DNA from: the human T2T-CHM13v2.0 reference genome, Homo sapiens
Strand: one strand, 5' to 3'
Assembly (NCBI RefSeq): GCF_009914755.1
Contig: NC_060942.1
Length of the DNA: 64,000 nt
The translations under genes were made by a program, and so were the position numbers. Positions 33,870 through 47,079 of the stretch are shown piece by piece. Numbering within the stretch: the stretch's first letter is position 1; every line of letters starts with the position of its first letter. The notes beneath the pieces are model-generated. The model saw only the letters and a list, made by a program, of their open reading frames with translations. It did not search any database and was not told where the DNA came from.

Positions 33870-34720
33870 ATACCTTTTCTGACTTCTTCCTTGCTGATAA
33901 AATCCAGTGATCAACAATGTTAGTCATAACCAATCAAATCTCTTCTGTTCTCTAATTTTCACCTCTCTCAAGCAGCCAGAAGCTGGCCCTATGGTTCAGT
34001 TTTGGCCAATGAAACACACTCAGAAGTTTACTGGTAAGGGTACTGATACGGTTTGGCTCTGTGTCCGCATCCACGTTTCATGTTGAATTGTAATCCCCAC
34101 ATGTTGGAGGAGGGTCCTTGGAAGGAGGTGATTAACTCATGGGGGCAGACTTCCTCCTTGCAGTTCTTACGATAGAGTTCTCATGAGATCTGGTTATTTG
34201 AAAGTGTGTAGCACTTCCCCTTTGCTCTCTCTCCTGCTCTGGCCATACCAAGACTGTGCCTTCTTTCCCTTTGCCTTCCCACATGATTGTAAGTTTCCTA
34301 AGACCTTCCCAGCTATGCTTCCTCTACAGCCTGTGGAACAGTGAGTCAATTAAACCTCTTTTCTTCATAAATTATCCCATCTCAGGGGATGTCTGTATGT
34401 CTTTATAGCAGTGTGAGAACAGATTAATACAGGCAAAGATGTGCTAGAATTGCCCTACTCTCCCTTTGTCCTGCCCTGAATGTACACATGATGTCATAAG
34501 CTGTAGCAACAATGTATGTACACAAAGAAACAAGCATGAGTACAAAAGAATACAACTACTGGTGAAGTGGAAATCCAGGCTTCCTGCTGACATTGTTGTG
34601 TTGCTTTATGGATGGTTGTGCAATCCCTTCTTCAAGACTGTTTATTAGGTGAGAAAACTCAATCCTAATTTGTTTAAATAAATGTTTTTCTGATTATTTG
34701 CTTGATCTAATCCTAATTAA
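33870..34720 (+). mobile_element. Old MLT1 LTR split by a younger MaLR LTR
   Basis: 'gctggccctatggttcagttttggccaatgaaacac' upstream; 'ctgccctgaatgtacacatgatg..gctgtagcaac..cctgctgacattgttg' downstream. Confidence 0.55.
34044..34431 (+). mobile_element. MaLR LTR THE1D/MSTA type
   Basis: 'tgatacggtttggctctgtgtcc..gttgaattgtaatcccca..gtgagtcaattaaacctcttttcttcataaattatccc..gcagtgtgagaacagattaataca'. Confidence 0.93.
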
Positions 34721-36194
34721 TAACGTCATTATTTTTGATAAAGAACATGTTGTAGTTTCTTAATTTTTAAAGTCTAGTTGGAAATATAAGATAAACGTAA
34801 ATTGTAAAAGCACCTACAGACTTACACAAATGTATATATTAAAATGAAATAACATAAAATTAAATAGACCTATCTTACAAACCAAGATGGATTTAATTTT
34901 CATATTAATATCCATATTTCATTATTCAAAATCTCAAAATTAACATCAATAATAAGATTTTGTCAGCTATGACCTCATCCTGTCAAGCCCATTCAACTGA
35001 AATCATTTACAGGGCACTCTACCATCAAGTCACTAAAATCTCAAATTTAAAAGAATCTCAGTCTTGTTTGCAGTATCCCTAGAAGAAGTTTCTGTGATAC
35101 TGAAATGTTGGCCCCTTCTAAGCTGACAAAAATGTCTAAGTCAGTTGGTGCTATTACAGCACAAACACATCATATTCATGTGATTCAGGCTCTGCTCCTC
35201 TGTTTCTGACAAATGATGGCACTATTGAAAAAGCTGTCAATTCTCTCAGAGGTGTAATTTTATAAAGGACTAATTTTTTCACACTGCCTAATGAGATTTT
35301 GCTAGCAAATAAGTGCCTAAAACATATGGGGATAATGCTCATTAAATCCAAGGAAACTGTTATCTTTAGAACTGTCAGAGTTGAACTTTTAAGGAGATAA
35401 AAACTGATTTTTTGTTCAAAATTAATTGCTTTTGTCTACTGTTAAACATATATGTTAGGTCTAAAGACAGAATTTGTGCTAACTTCTACAACTGTTTGAC
35501 AATTCATTAAACAGCATCATGTTTATGCTTTCTTAGAAAACTAAAATCTTGCTTGCTTTATCCAGTTCACCTGAGTTTATTATTGGCAAAGTTTTATATT
35601 AGGAAAGTATAATGCATCTCTACATTCCTATCATTCTTTGTGTCTATGACATGTATTAGCTCATGAACATTATTTTTATAAAATACTATATTCATATATA
35701 CTATACAGCTTCTATTCATAGATACTATACACAGTCTCCACAAATGGAGATTTTTTTGCCCCCCAAAAGAGAGATTGCACATTAATTTTCTTTTAAAGTA
35801 AGAACATATAATTGTTATGTGGTATCCAGAAAGAGAGTTCAATGTATATTTGCAGTTGATGATGATTATGGTCATGATAATGATAGTCATGGTTAAAATA
35901 ATATACTTGCATTTTAAAAGTATTGTACACATTATTCACTTTTTTGGTTGAGAGTTTGCTTCAGTAAATATACCTATGTCATCACAGAATAAGAAATCTG
36001 AAGTAGGCATTGGCTCATGGCTAAACAAAGAAGTTATTATCATTTGCATACTCCCACAGAAGCATGCCTAAATAAAAAGCAGCCCAGATAGGAAGAGTGT
36101 TGGCATTGGTATTTGAGCTATTGTCACAAGGGAAACTGATTGATAATTAAGTAAAAGGAAGTAACTTCCTTGAATGAAAGTGAAAGCTAAATAA

Positions 36195-36363
36195 TTTTCT
36201 TCCTTTCTTCCTCCTCTTTCTCTTCTTTCTCCTTCCCTTTTTCCCTTTTTTCTTTCTCTTTCTTTCTTTCTTTCCTTTCTTTCTCTCTCTCTTTCTCTTT
36301 CTTTCTTCCTTCCTTCCTTTCTTTTTTCTTTCTCTCTCGCTCTCTTTTCTGTTTATTTCTTTC
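36195..36363. repeat. Polypyrimidine (TTTC/TC/TTCC) low-complexity tract
   Basis: Seen directly; source of the K/R/E-rich minus ORF. Confidence 0.93.
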
Positions 36364-37771
36364 CACAAAGACCAGATGTTGTCAGCTTCTTTCAGACACT
36401 CAACTTGGACCCTTCTCAAGATGCTTTAATAGCTTGGTAGCCCCATCCAACTGTTGTTCCTAAAAGTATACGGCATATACTAACCCTCAGCCAGACGGGA
36501 GCTATACACGATGCTAGACTTTATAGGCATAAGGGTATCCCACCCTTGAGATATTCACTCGTATAACACCTATCATCTATATAAATAAGAATTTTCCAGT
36601 CCCAGCAGAGTTTAACGTGAGATAAATCCCAAGGTTCCCTGGGATGTAAACTCAGCAGGTCTACACTTCAACCTAGGCCTACAGGGCTGGATTTGTGCTT
36701 GCAACTCATTGTTCCTGTCTTTATTTGCTATGTGATCTTGGATAATTTCAAGTATGTGATTGCGATTTGCACTTGGAAATAATGAATAGGGAAATTCACC
36801 TAACCTGGTTACATGTCAAATCAATGATTACTAATTAACAAATCCATAACCCAGTAAACAAATTCCATGTTGGTTAAGCTACAATTCTTGTTTTCTTTAA
36901 CGGAAAGTGTGGAATTTATTCTTAGTCCAAGTTTTCTTGTGACAGATAAACATGAATCTGGTTTATAGCTTCACATTGTATCTGTTCTTTGAAAATCACC
37001 CAAACATATTTACATGGAAGTAAACTAAAATTGACGCCATTATTGGCCAAAGTGATGTCAAGAAGATCTGAAAAGAATATGAGAAAAATAGAGGCCATAA
37101 TAGAGAAGAGTGAATTAAATATATATATCCTAAAAACATTATGCAGTAAGTGAAAGAGAACAGTAGCCAGAAGCAAGAGCACAGGGTGGAAAACATCACT
37201 TTAATCCCTTGCTAATTCTCGCAGATCCAAGCTCTTTGTGGAAACCGAGATATGAAACTCACGGGCCTTAGGCATATAAAAAACATCTAAAGTTAAAAAG
37301 CTCACATCAGGTCTCCAGAAGGCTTAATCTTTATGTTAGAAAACAGTAGGAAAGCATAATCTTTTTCTAGATCCATATAAGATGAGAGATTTCCAGATAA
37401 GTCAAAAATGTTAAGAAATTACTTTGGAAAACAGGAATAGTATTTTTGAAATCATAAAACTAAATGTAAGAAAATAAAATTGGGGTCAGTACCAAGGAAT
37501 ACACAAAACTATATTACTAAAATGGTTACTATTTTTAACAATAACATCTTAATATTGAATGATAAAATACAACAAATTTAAAGACTATATTTGAAGATTT
37601 AGGTTAAGAAAAAGTACTTGAATAAATATAATTAGGTAAAAATTTAACCGTTTATACTTTTACCAAAAAAGGCTTTTACATAAAGTTGAAGCATTCAAAA
37701 CAAAGTATTCAAGTAGAAATTTAAATCAAGGTCATAAAGTAAACTTGTAGTCATCAAAAAAATACAATTTA

Positions 37772-38112
<341 letters not shown>

Positions 38113-38407
38113 TTATTACTTAATATATTCATTTTATTGACAATATTATAATTCTGGGTTGGGATGGACATAGAAGGTAAGATATCAAATAATGAAATTT
38201 ATACTAAAATGAATTCATCAGTGTTTTCCAATGACCTGAAAGAGAGCAAAGTGAAAAAGATGCATCATAGAGATACAATCACCATGAGTTTTGCTTTTTG
38301 TTTAGATTGTTTTAGTCCTATCATGTTAAAGAACAAATAGTAGCAGCTCTGGAAGAACTAAAATTGAAAGTCATCTATAACTTTAAGTGTAACCTTAGGT
38401 TTTAATG

Positions 38408-38604
38408 CAGTAGTTCTCAAGTTGAATGAATGTAGGAATTATCTATCTTACTTGATAATATCAAGTTAGATCCCTAGATCCAGCCCCGAAGATTCTGATA
38501 CAGTGGGTCAGCTAGAGAACTTGATCTACATTTGTAAAAATGCCCTCCTCCAGGAGTTTGGGTGACAGTTGGACACCAGCCCTCAATTTTGAAAAATGTA
38601 TTCT
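38408..38604. mobile_element. MER5-type hAT-Charlie MITE
   Basis: 'cagtagttctcaag..ccccgaagattctgatacagtgggtc..tttgaaaaatg..tctag'. Confidence 0.6.
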
Positions 38605-38729
38605 AGAGGCTCAAGTAAAAATCCAGTAGCCATATTTTCACCCCCTGGTGATAGAGACAATCCTTGTACCCTTTCGAAATATGGAGAAAAGGCTATTGCA
38701 TTAATAACTTTAAGAAATTTATGACAGGG

Positions 38730-39130
38730 AGGTTATATGTCCACCAAAATCTATTCTCTTCTTTGCCCGTATTAACTAGCTGCGACATGATTTTCCAGTC
38801 GGCCACATTTGCCCTGTGATTAAGCTTTCGCCAACAAAACAAGATTGGAAGTGCTGTGTCCCATTTCTGGTCAGTGCGTTTAAGAAAAGGTTTTTTTTTT
38901 TTCACCCTTTTCCCTCTTTATGAGGGTTAAATGGTGATGATCAGAGAGAGTTTAAAAGCCACATTTCATAGCTAGAAGAACTGCCATCAGCCTGACCCCA
39001 AATGACTGCCACTAGCTGATATAGATCGCCATCCCTGGACTGTTAAGTGAAAGGAAAACCAACCTCTATTTATCAGTAAAATCTCTGAAATATTGTAGGA
39101 TCACTTATTAGTCATACAAGCTAATATATA
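38730..39130 (+). mobile_element. Old MLT1 LTR
   Basis: 'cctgtgattaagctttcgccaac..gaagtgctgtgtcccatttctgg', 'ctggactgttaagtgaaaggaaaaccaacctctat'. Confidence 0.55.
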
Positions 39131-39174
39131 AGGCATAAAAATAAATGTTATCACTATAATAATTTTACTTTATT

Positions 39175-39405
39175 GAATATTACTGAACTTGTATTATAGG
39201 TCAAGCACTAAGCTATTGCTTTAGGCATCCCGACAATTCCATGACACGACACTTATTTATCTTACTTATTGGTGAGGCAACAGAGGCATAAAGAGATCAT
39301 ATAACTGGCTCTAGGTTATTCATCCTGTAAATATTAAAATTAAAATGTGCTGGAGCCAGGCTTCCAACCCAGGTTTGTCTGTTGATATTTTTGTTTTGAA
39401 CCACT
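39175..39405 (-). mobile_element. MIR SINE
   Basis: Core 'gtgaggcaacagaggcataaagagatcatataactggctctaggtt..ggagccaggcttccaacccagg'. Confidence 0.65.
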
Positions 39406-40604
39406 GTGAATTCAGGAAATATTTAATATTTGCATTTTATTTCCATTGAAAACTTAGTAACTTGTTGTGTCTTTACACTTAATAATATTTGTCAGCATCT
39501 TATTTAAATTGATAATCACAAGAAGAATGCCTCATTCAGTGACATAGAGATTACTAGTTCAGTAATAGGGAAATAATTTAAATAGCAAAAAAGCCCTGAA
39601 GTAGGGTATCCTCAAGGAAGCTGATCAACTGTAGTGTTAAATTAGGGATGATCTGGTAAGGTTTCTTAGAGCCATGACAAACAGATCATCTATGCCTTGC
39701 AAGAAGATCAAGCTATAGTTAGGAATATTAGTGTTTCCTGGTCAGGGCAAGTAAACAAACTAAATTCTGGTCTCTGGAAAAATAGCATATTTGAAAAAAC
39801 TGTGTTTTTTTCTCTGGTTTCATATGATATATATTCGTTTGATGATCCTGTTTGTACTTGCATGTAATTTATTCTTAGAAATAAAAGGTGAAAATTATGA
39901 TAAGGAAATAACTATCCACTCTGTACCAGGCAATGCTGTAAAGTGGAAGAAATTAGTGGTCATTCTTATTGTTTCCAGCAGAGTCCTACAGGGAAAACTG
40001 TGGGAGCTAAGAGATCCTTAAGCTCTAGATCACAAGAATTTAGGGTAGCAACAATTATTCTCTCTTTCTTACAAAATTAATCCCCTAAATGTCCCTTCTG
40101 AGCTTGAAACTCTGGAATCTTAGGCATAGACAGAGCAATTCCCTCTCATTTTCTTTTTTCTTTTCTTTTTTTTTTTCCCTCCCCTCCCCTCCCCTTCCCT
40201 TTTTTCTTGCCAAAACAAAGGATAAACTTGAGCAAAAAGGGTTCAGTTTTCTGACAGGACAATGAATTGGTGCCTTATCAAGCAGATACATTTAAAATAA
40301 TGATTCATCAATATCGTAAAAGAGGAGCTGAGTGCCTTAGGAAGGAAATACCATGGCTGTTCCTCAGTTCAAATAGTCTCTCTAATATAGAAAATATTCT
40401 GTGGTTCACAGGCCTCTGACCTCAGAGCGCAGTTTTCTGGGACGTTTTGGAAATAGGTAAGGACCTTTTGACTGTCGCAGTGACTGCAGGCCATTGCTGG
40501 AATTGGTGTAAAGGAGATATGAATGGGTGACATTTTGTGATGTAAGGGAATTACTCCTTGTCCCACTGTCCTGAGGAACTACTCCTAATCCTATTGGCTT
40601 TTTT

Positions 40605-41485
40605 TCTTGAACATATTTAAGGTATATAACGTGTTGTTTTGACATACTTATCTTGACATACATATACATTACTACATGATTACTGCAATCAAGCAAATTA
40701 GCATAGCATCTTCTCATATAGTTTCTTAGTTTTGCTTTGCTTCGTTTTTGCGGTAAGAATACTTATAATCTACTCTCTTGGCAAATTATTAACACCAGTT
40801 ACAATACAGTATTATTACCTCTAGTCTTCATGTTGTACATTACAGCTCTAGACTTATTTATCCTACATAACTGCAACTCTGTACCCTTTGACATTTTCCT
40901 CCACCCCCCCACCCCACCCTGGTAACTACCATTCTACTCTGTTTCTATGTATTTGATTGTTTTGCAGGGAGAGGGGGATAGATTCTGCATATAATTGACA
41001 TAGCAGTACTTTATTTTCTATGTCTGGCTTATTTCACTTAGCATAATGTCCTTTAGGTTAATCCATGTTGTCACAAGTGGCAGAGTTTCCTTATTTTTTA
41101 AGGCTGAATAATATTCCACAGAATGCCTTCCTTTATTCATTCATTTGTCAACAGACACTAAGGTTGTTTCCGATATGTTAACTATTGTGAATATTGTTTC
41201 AATGAAAATGAGAGTGCAGCTATCCCTACCAGATGCTTTTATTTCCTTTATGTATATACCCAGAAGAGAGACTGTTAGGTGATACGCCAGTGCTGTTTCA
41301 AATTTCTTCAGTGACCTCTATATAGTTTTTCACAGTGGCTGCACCAGTCTACATTTCCACCAACAGTGTACAAGTCCCTCTTTTCTCTGCACTCTGGACA
41401 ACATTTGTTATTTTTTGCCTTTTTAATAAAAGCCATACTAATGGTTTGTAAGGTGATACCTAATTGTGGCTTTTATTTGTTTGTT
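40605..41485 (-). mobile_element. L1MA 3' end, antisense
   Basis: 'ggtaagaatacttataatctactctcttggcaaatt', 'gtctggcttatttcacttagcataatgtcc', 'tacatttccaccaacagtgtacaag'. Confidence 0.9.
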
Positions 41486-41839
41486 TTTTTTATTATCAGC
41501 ATAGGTTTAATTTAAAAACTTAATAAGATTAAGGTTAAAAATAACCTTTTCATTTGGTGAAAAAGTTAACCAGAGTAGTAACATATACTTAAAGAGAACA
41601 TTTTCTTGTTCCTTTGCTTAAATTTCAACCAGTAGTTTTGATATAGTATACATCATTTAACCCTTAATTCCCACCATAATAAGATAAAAGAGTGGCACTG
41701 GCCAAATATTGTTCTTGCTCAAAAAGATCAACTATAATCACGTAAGTTCATTCTGATATTCATGTTTATTGCCAAAAAATAGATTAAACAGGGATGTTGA
41801 ATGCTGTGTTATAAAGAACATGCTGCGAATAGTACTCAT

Positions 41840-42015
41840 ATTTGGCATTAGAAAACTCTGAGTTCTAATCCTATTCAGCTACTTCCCAACTGGGTAATCT
41901 TGGGAAATATAAATTCCCTGAGCCTTGGTTTCAGTATCTGCAAATTGGATGTACTAGCACATATCTTAAAGGATTTCTCTGAGTACTAAATAAGATGATG
42001 CAAAGTGCCAGGATC
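41840..42015 (+). mobile_element. MIR SINE
   Basis: 'ctgagttctaatcct..ctgggtaatcttgggaaa..ctgagccttggtttcagtatctgcaaattgg'. Confidence 0.7.
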
Positions 42016-42049
42016 CGATGCTCACTAAGGTCTAATGCCTCATCCCTGA

Positions 42050-43283
42050 ATTTTTTTATTATGATTATACTTTAAGTTCTGGGATACACGTGCAGAACTT
42101 GCAGGTTTGTTACATATGTATACACATGCCATGGTGGTTTGCTGCAGCCATCAACCCGTCATCTACATTAGGTATTTCTCCTAATGCTTTCCCTCCCCCA
42201 GTCCCCCACTCCCTGACAGGCCCCAGTGTGTGATGTTCCCATCCCTGTGTCCATGCATTCTTATTGTTCAACTCCCACTTATGAGTGAGAACATTCACAG
42301 TTTGCTTTTCTGTTTCTGTGTTGTTTTGCTGAGAATGATGGTTTCCAGCTTCATCCGTGGCCCTGCAAAGGACATGAACCCATCCTTTTTTATGGCTGCA
42401 TAGTATTCCATGGTGTATATGTGCCACATTTTCTTTATCCAATCTATTATTGATGGGCATTTGGGTTGGTTCCAAGTCTTTTCTATTGTGAACAGTGTTG
42501 CAATAAACATACATGTGCATGTGTCTTTACAGTAGAATGATTTATAATCCTTTGGGTATATACCCAGTTATGGGATTGTTGGGTCAAATGGTATTTCTGG
42601 TTCTAGATCCTTGAGGAATCACCATGCTGTCTTCCACAATGGTTGAACTAATTTACACTCCCATCAACAGTGTATAAGTGTTCCTATTTCTCCACATCCT
42701 CTCCAGCATCTGTTGTTTCCTGACTTTTTAATGGCCTCCATTCTAACTGGTGTGAGATGGTATCTCATTGTGGTTTTGATTTGCATTTCTCTAATAAGCA
42801 GTGATCATGAGCTTTTATTCATATGCTTGTTGGCTGTATAAATGTCTTCTTTTGAAAAGTGTCTGTTCATATTCTTTGCCCACTTTTTAATGGGGTTGTT
42901 TTTTTCTTGTAAATTTATCTAAGTTCTTTCTAGATTCTGAATATTAGCCCTTTGTCAAGTGGATACATTGCAAAAATTTTCTCCCTTTCTGTAGGTTGCC
43001 GGTTCACTCTGATGATAGTTTATTTTGCTGTGCAAAAGAACATTTGTCAAACATTTGTCAAAATTGACAAATGGAACATTGTCCCATTTGTCAGTTTTGG
43101 CTTTTGTTGCCACTGCTTTTGTTGTTTTAGTCATGAAGTATTTGCCCATGCCCATGTCCCAAATGACACTGCCTAGGTTTTCTTCTAGGGTTTTTATGGT
43201 TTTAGGTCTTACATTTAAGTCTTTAAACCATCTTGAATTGATTTTTGTATAAGCTGTAAGGAAGGGATCCAGTTTCAGTTTTC
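42050..43283 (-). mobile_element. L1PA (primate) 5'-truncated 3' end, ~1.2 kb, antisense
   Basis: Near-consensus 'attatactttaagttctgggatacacgtgcagaac'; ORF2 C-term MFIATLFTIEKTWNQPKCPS..WIKKMWHIYTMEYYAAIKK (ORF 42295-42510). Confidence 0.97.
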
Positions 43284-43513
43284 TTCTATTGAATTTAGCA
43301 GTAAGACTGATTGAAGAACAATAGTTGAGTTACTGCAAGTTAAAAAAATCCAACTATATAATGATCCAACTATATAATGAATACCAGGTAAGCATCTTTG
43401 CTTTAGAAATGGATGAAAGCATTCTGCATAGAAATAAAGTTTTATGGCTTGGTGAGGTCTGGTTTACCTCTAATTAAAAGTCATAGAGGAAATCTGGTTT
43501 TCAGAATTACTAA

Positions 43514-43958
43514 TGAGGCAGTCATGGAAATGAGCTGCTCACATTTCCCACAGCTGGGAACATTGTTCACTGATGGCCTCAGCTGTATCTGATCTATTAC
43601 TGTGTTCATGCTTAGGCCAATCTTCCCGCAGGCTGTTCTAATCAATGACTGAACACAATGGAGTTATTAGTGTGAGTCCGTTCAAATAGTCCACAGTCCT
43701 CCTGGGTGACTTTAGCTTAACGATCTGATATTGGTCTATTTAAACCTTTCTTAAAACTTATTTGTAGTCCAAGATTCTTCTCTCTCCTTTTCCTCTCCTT
43801 TCACAAGTGTGAGATTTGCATTGCATTTTGAAGACACTGTGTGTCTTATGTTCCCTCTCCTTTATTCTTCATAGGCATTTCCTCCATTAATTTTCTGAAT
43901 TTTGTATCCTACCTTTCTGTCTTCTGCCTTGGTGCTTCTTGGAGGGTCTGTACTGACA
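43514..43958 (+). mobile_element. Solo ERVL LTR (LTR16A/E-like)
   Basis: 'tgaggcagtcatggaaatg..tgatggcctcagctg..caatgactga..aaacctttctta..ttggtgcttcttggagggtctgtactgaca'. Confidence 0.65.
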
Positions 43959-43991
43959 ATCTAACAGTAAGGATAAAGGAAATGACAATTT

Positions 43992-44156
43992 TAATTTTAA
44001 TTGATTTTAATTTTTTATTTTTATAGACAGAGTCTCCCCTGTCACATAGGCTGGATTACAGCTGTGAAATTATAGTTCACTGAAGCCTCAAACTCTCGGG
44101 CTCAAGTGATCCTCCCAAGTGGCTATTACTACAGGCACATCCCATTGCACCCACCT
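43992..44156 (-). mobile_element. FLAM (monomeric Alu)
   Basis: Single Alu arm; 16-bp TSD 'aaggaaatgacaattt' at 43976-43991 and 44157-44172. Confidence 0.9.
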
Positions 44157-44269
44157 AAGGAAATGACAATTTCTATAACCTTTATATATTAGTTCATATG
44201 AAAAATATTTTCTCTCTAGTATCATTGTGTACACAATAGATGTAACACTAGCTATGAGCAGTCAGTAAC

Positions 44270-45280
44270 ATGGGTGTAAAGCCACATTTTTAAAATTTCC
44301 TCAAATGTTTTAGCATTTATTTTAATATTTGTCAATCACACTTAACCACTCAGAATTATACTTAAAGACTTCATAAACCAAAAATTGTTGTTATCAGTGA
44401 TATTCATATAATTAATGCAATCCACTGAATAATAAATTTCATAAACTGTGAAGAGATAATAAAGAAGAAATGAACAACTGATTCTAAAATGATCCTAAAA
44501 CAACTTTGTTCACTAATTGATTTTATTGTAGAATTGTTTTAATCAAACACAAGTTGAATACCAAAATTAAAATGTTGTGAAATGATGTGACATATCTTCA
44601 AATATGTATTTGAAGAGATAAATGAGGCCCTTCCTATGAGATAAAGAAAGCAATGGCAGTATCAAGAAATGTATCAACAATTTTATACTATTTAAAAATC
44701 TTTGCTTGCCAAGAACTTTGTTTCCATATTTGTAGCAGCTAAATAAGGATAAGCTCAGGCATACAGAAATGGAACTATATTGCTCTCATTTGTGTGCTAC
44801 TTAAAGAGATATAATGATTAAATTTAAAAACTGTATGAACATGCAATCCTAGATTGGATGATTAATCCATTTGAAATGGATGTGAAACATGTTATCCAAT
44901 AATTGAAGAGGAGTTAATTAAAAAATGATTTTGAAGCCAAAATATGATTTAATACATCTAGTTATGATAGGTTTTGGACCCAATTAAAACTTACATACCC
45001 ACTCCTTGGAAAGAAACTCAATTTATTATGATAGCATTTTCAACTATGTATTTTGATTAAAGCAGATGTCTTTGTGCAGTAGTACAATTATTGAAAGGCA
45101 AAATCAACTGAAAATATATAAGAAAGAAATTTGAGGGTTTTTTGTTTTTTAACAGTAAAAGAACCAAATTCTATTAAATTAACAGAGACATGAAATTCAG
45201 AGATATCATTGAACTTCCTTAGTAAAGGTGATTTAAACAATGTTTCATATCCAATTACAAATATTTGAAAATTATACATC
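44270..45280 (+). mobile_element. hAT-Charlie (Buster-type) transposase fossil, C-terminal half
   Basis: Translates to ILDWMINPFEMDV (~44845), EEELI, SYDRFWTQLKLTYPLL/WKETQFIMIAFSTMY (~44960-45050) and KGDL (~45225): motif order of the hATC dimerisation region of SCAND3/ZBED-like transposases. Confidence 0.7.
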
Positions 45281-45480
45281 AAATTATTTGTTTGTTAGAT
45301 GTATTTTGTTGTTTTTTTCAGTCCTATATTATACTCTCCCAGATCTACCTTACACACTGTAAGGAATTTTGTGGTATTGTCTTTTTCACCCCTTACCCTT
45401 CCATTTAGTTTTACTTAATGTCTAAGTTTTTTTTAAGTGATAGAAATATTCAGTTTGCCTCAATGGAGAAGGTGAGATTT

Positions 45481-45872
45481 TGTGTCAGAGACTGATGCTT
45501 CTTTGAGTAATAGACCCATGGATATTTTATCCAGTTACATGGTCAAATTCCCAGTCTCTTCTCTATTTAGGTATGGTCATGTGATGAAGTCTGGGTCAAT
45601 TACATAAGGAAGAGGTAATGTCTGTAACTTCTGAATCAGCTCCTCAATCACAGAATTCCTTATCCTGGACTTCTCTTCCCTCTTGCTAGGAGCTAGGAAA
45701 TGGTGACACCACTACTACCTTGCAAGCCACATCCTGGGATTGGTGAAGCCATCTGATTTGCCTTTTGCTGTCATCTCTAGAATATACAATGAGAAGTAAA
45801 ATCTATTGTGCTTCAGTCACTAAAGTTTAAGCTCTTTGTTGTAGCAACTAAATCTGCTTCTTAACAAATACA
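45481..45872 (+). mobile_element. MLT1 (I/J-like) LTR
   Basis: TG..CA ends; 'ttcccagtctcttctctatttaggtatggtcatgtgatgaagtctgggtcaat', 'ctctttgttgtagcaact..aacaaataca'. Confidence 0.7.
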
Positions 45873-47079
45873 AATTTTCAGATATAATTTGTCTTCTGTG
45901 ATACCTTGTTACTACTTCATTCTATGTCATAACACGAAATTATTTTGACATTAACTTACATCTAAGGTACAGTTTATGAGAATATCTTCTTCCTCATTTC
46001 CTCCACTTCAACAGTCTAGTTTGTCTTGGCATATTATTCCTATGCCAATTAATTTCCATATTTCTCTTCTCAAACACATAAACAAAAGATAAGCAAAATC
46101 TGGCTTATTTTTACTTATTCCAACATTAAGTTTTATTCTGTATTTTCATGTCCTTTTTATACAGATGGCTTCTGATTTTTTAAAAACTTTTCTTATACCA
46201 ACATTTATTAGTTATAAGTTGATTCCAGTATCAAGCTGTTTTATTATTTCTTCTTGTTTAATTATGCCCAAGCAATCACATTAAAATACAATGTTTTTAA
46301 TTACTTTTTGCCTTTATATTGCAAATAAGTATATATAATTTCTTGGAAATGTTGTGTTTACTTACATTATGTTATCTATGAATTTTATTTCAGGATAATA
46401 AATTGAACATTTCTTATAAATAACATTTGTATGTGCTATAAAGAGAGGGTATTGGAAGTGCGAGTCTTGGAACCATAGATCTGGCATGCCCACATGGCTT
46501 ATGCAGGAGGATCTTACAAATACATATATTACTTTTCCTGGGTGGAAATGTGGTAAATACAATATCCTAGGCCAACATATCACTGCCTGATGGATTAACA
46601 CTGGGGCTCACATGGGCCTTCAATTATTTTTCTCTGGTAGACTTATCTTAATGAAAAAGGTTTAAGAAATGTGTGTCATGGGAGAAGTTAGGTTTCAGCT
46701 AAGGTAAAGGAGTGGAAGGAGTATTAGATGACATTGTGGATGACGTTTAACAATCTGTTCTAAAAGAGTCGAGATCCCACAGGGGCATAGGGGCATAGCA
46801 GTGCAGGTAAGTATATAATGGGATTCGGGAGTCTCATTAATACTAACAAAACAAACAACTGGAGTGAAAAAAGGAAGGGAAAAATTCTTCAGCTAGAAAA
46901 TAGAAATGTAGGAGGATATTTATATACTTATCTACTTAATATATTTGTTTTACATGTCTTCCACAGATTGAAGTAAACATTAGAAGGGGAATGTGAAGCA
47001 AAAATGATTTATGATTCTTATTAATCTTATAGTTTAGTGGTTGGAAATATAAACTGGATTGATGTTAAGACAATAAGCA

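Noticed and set aside
36147-36419. Lys/Arg-rich 90-aa ORF
   Set aside because: Translation of a simple purine-rich repeat
42110-42520. 136-aa and 71-aa ORFs
   Set aside because: L1PA ORF2 C-terminus and 3' UTR of a truncated copy
46690-46812. Consensus splice donor CAG|GTAAGT at ~46806 (others near 40456, 43387, 49444)
   Set aside because: No convincing paired acceptor or coding frame; expected by chance in 64 kb
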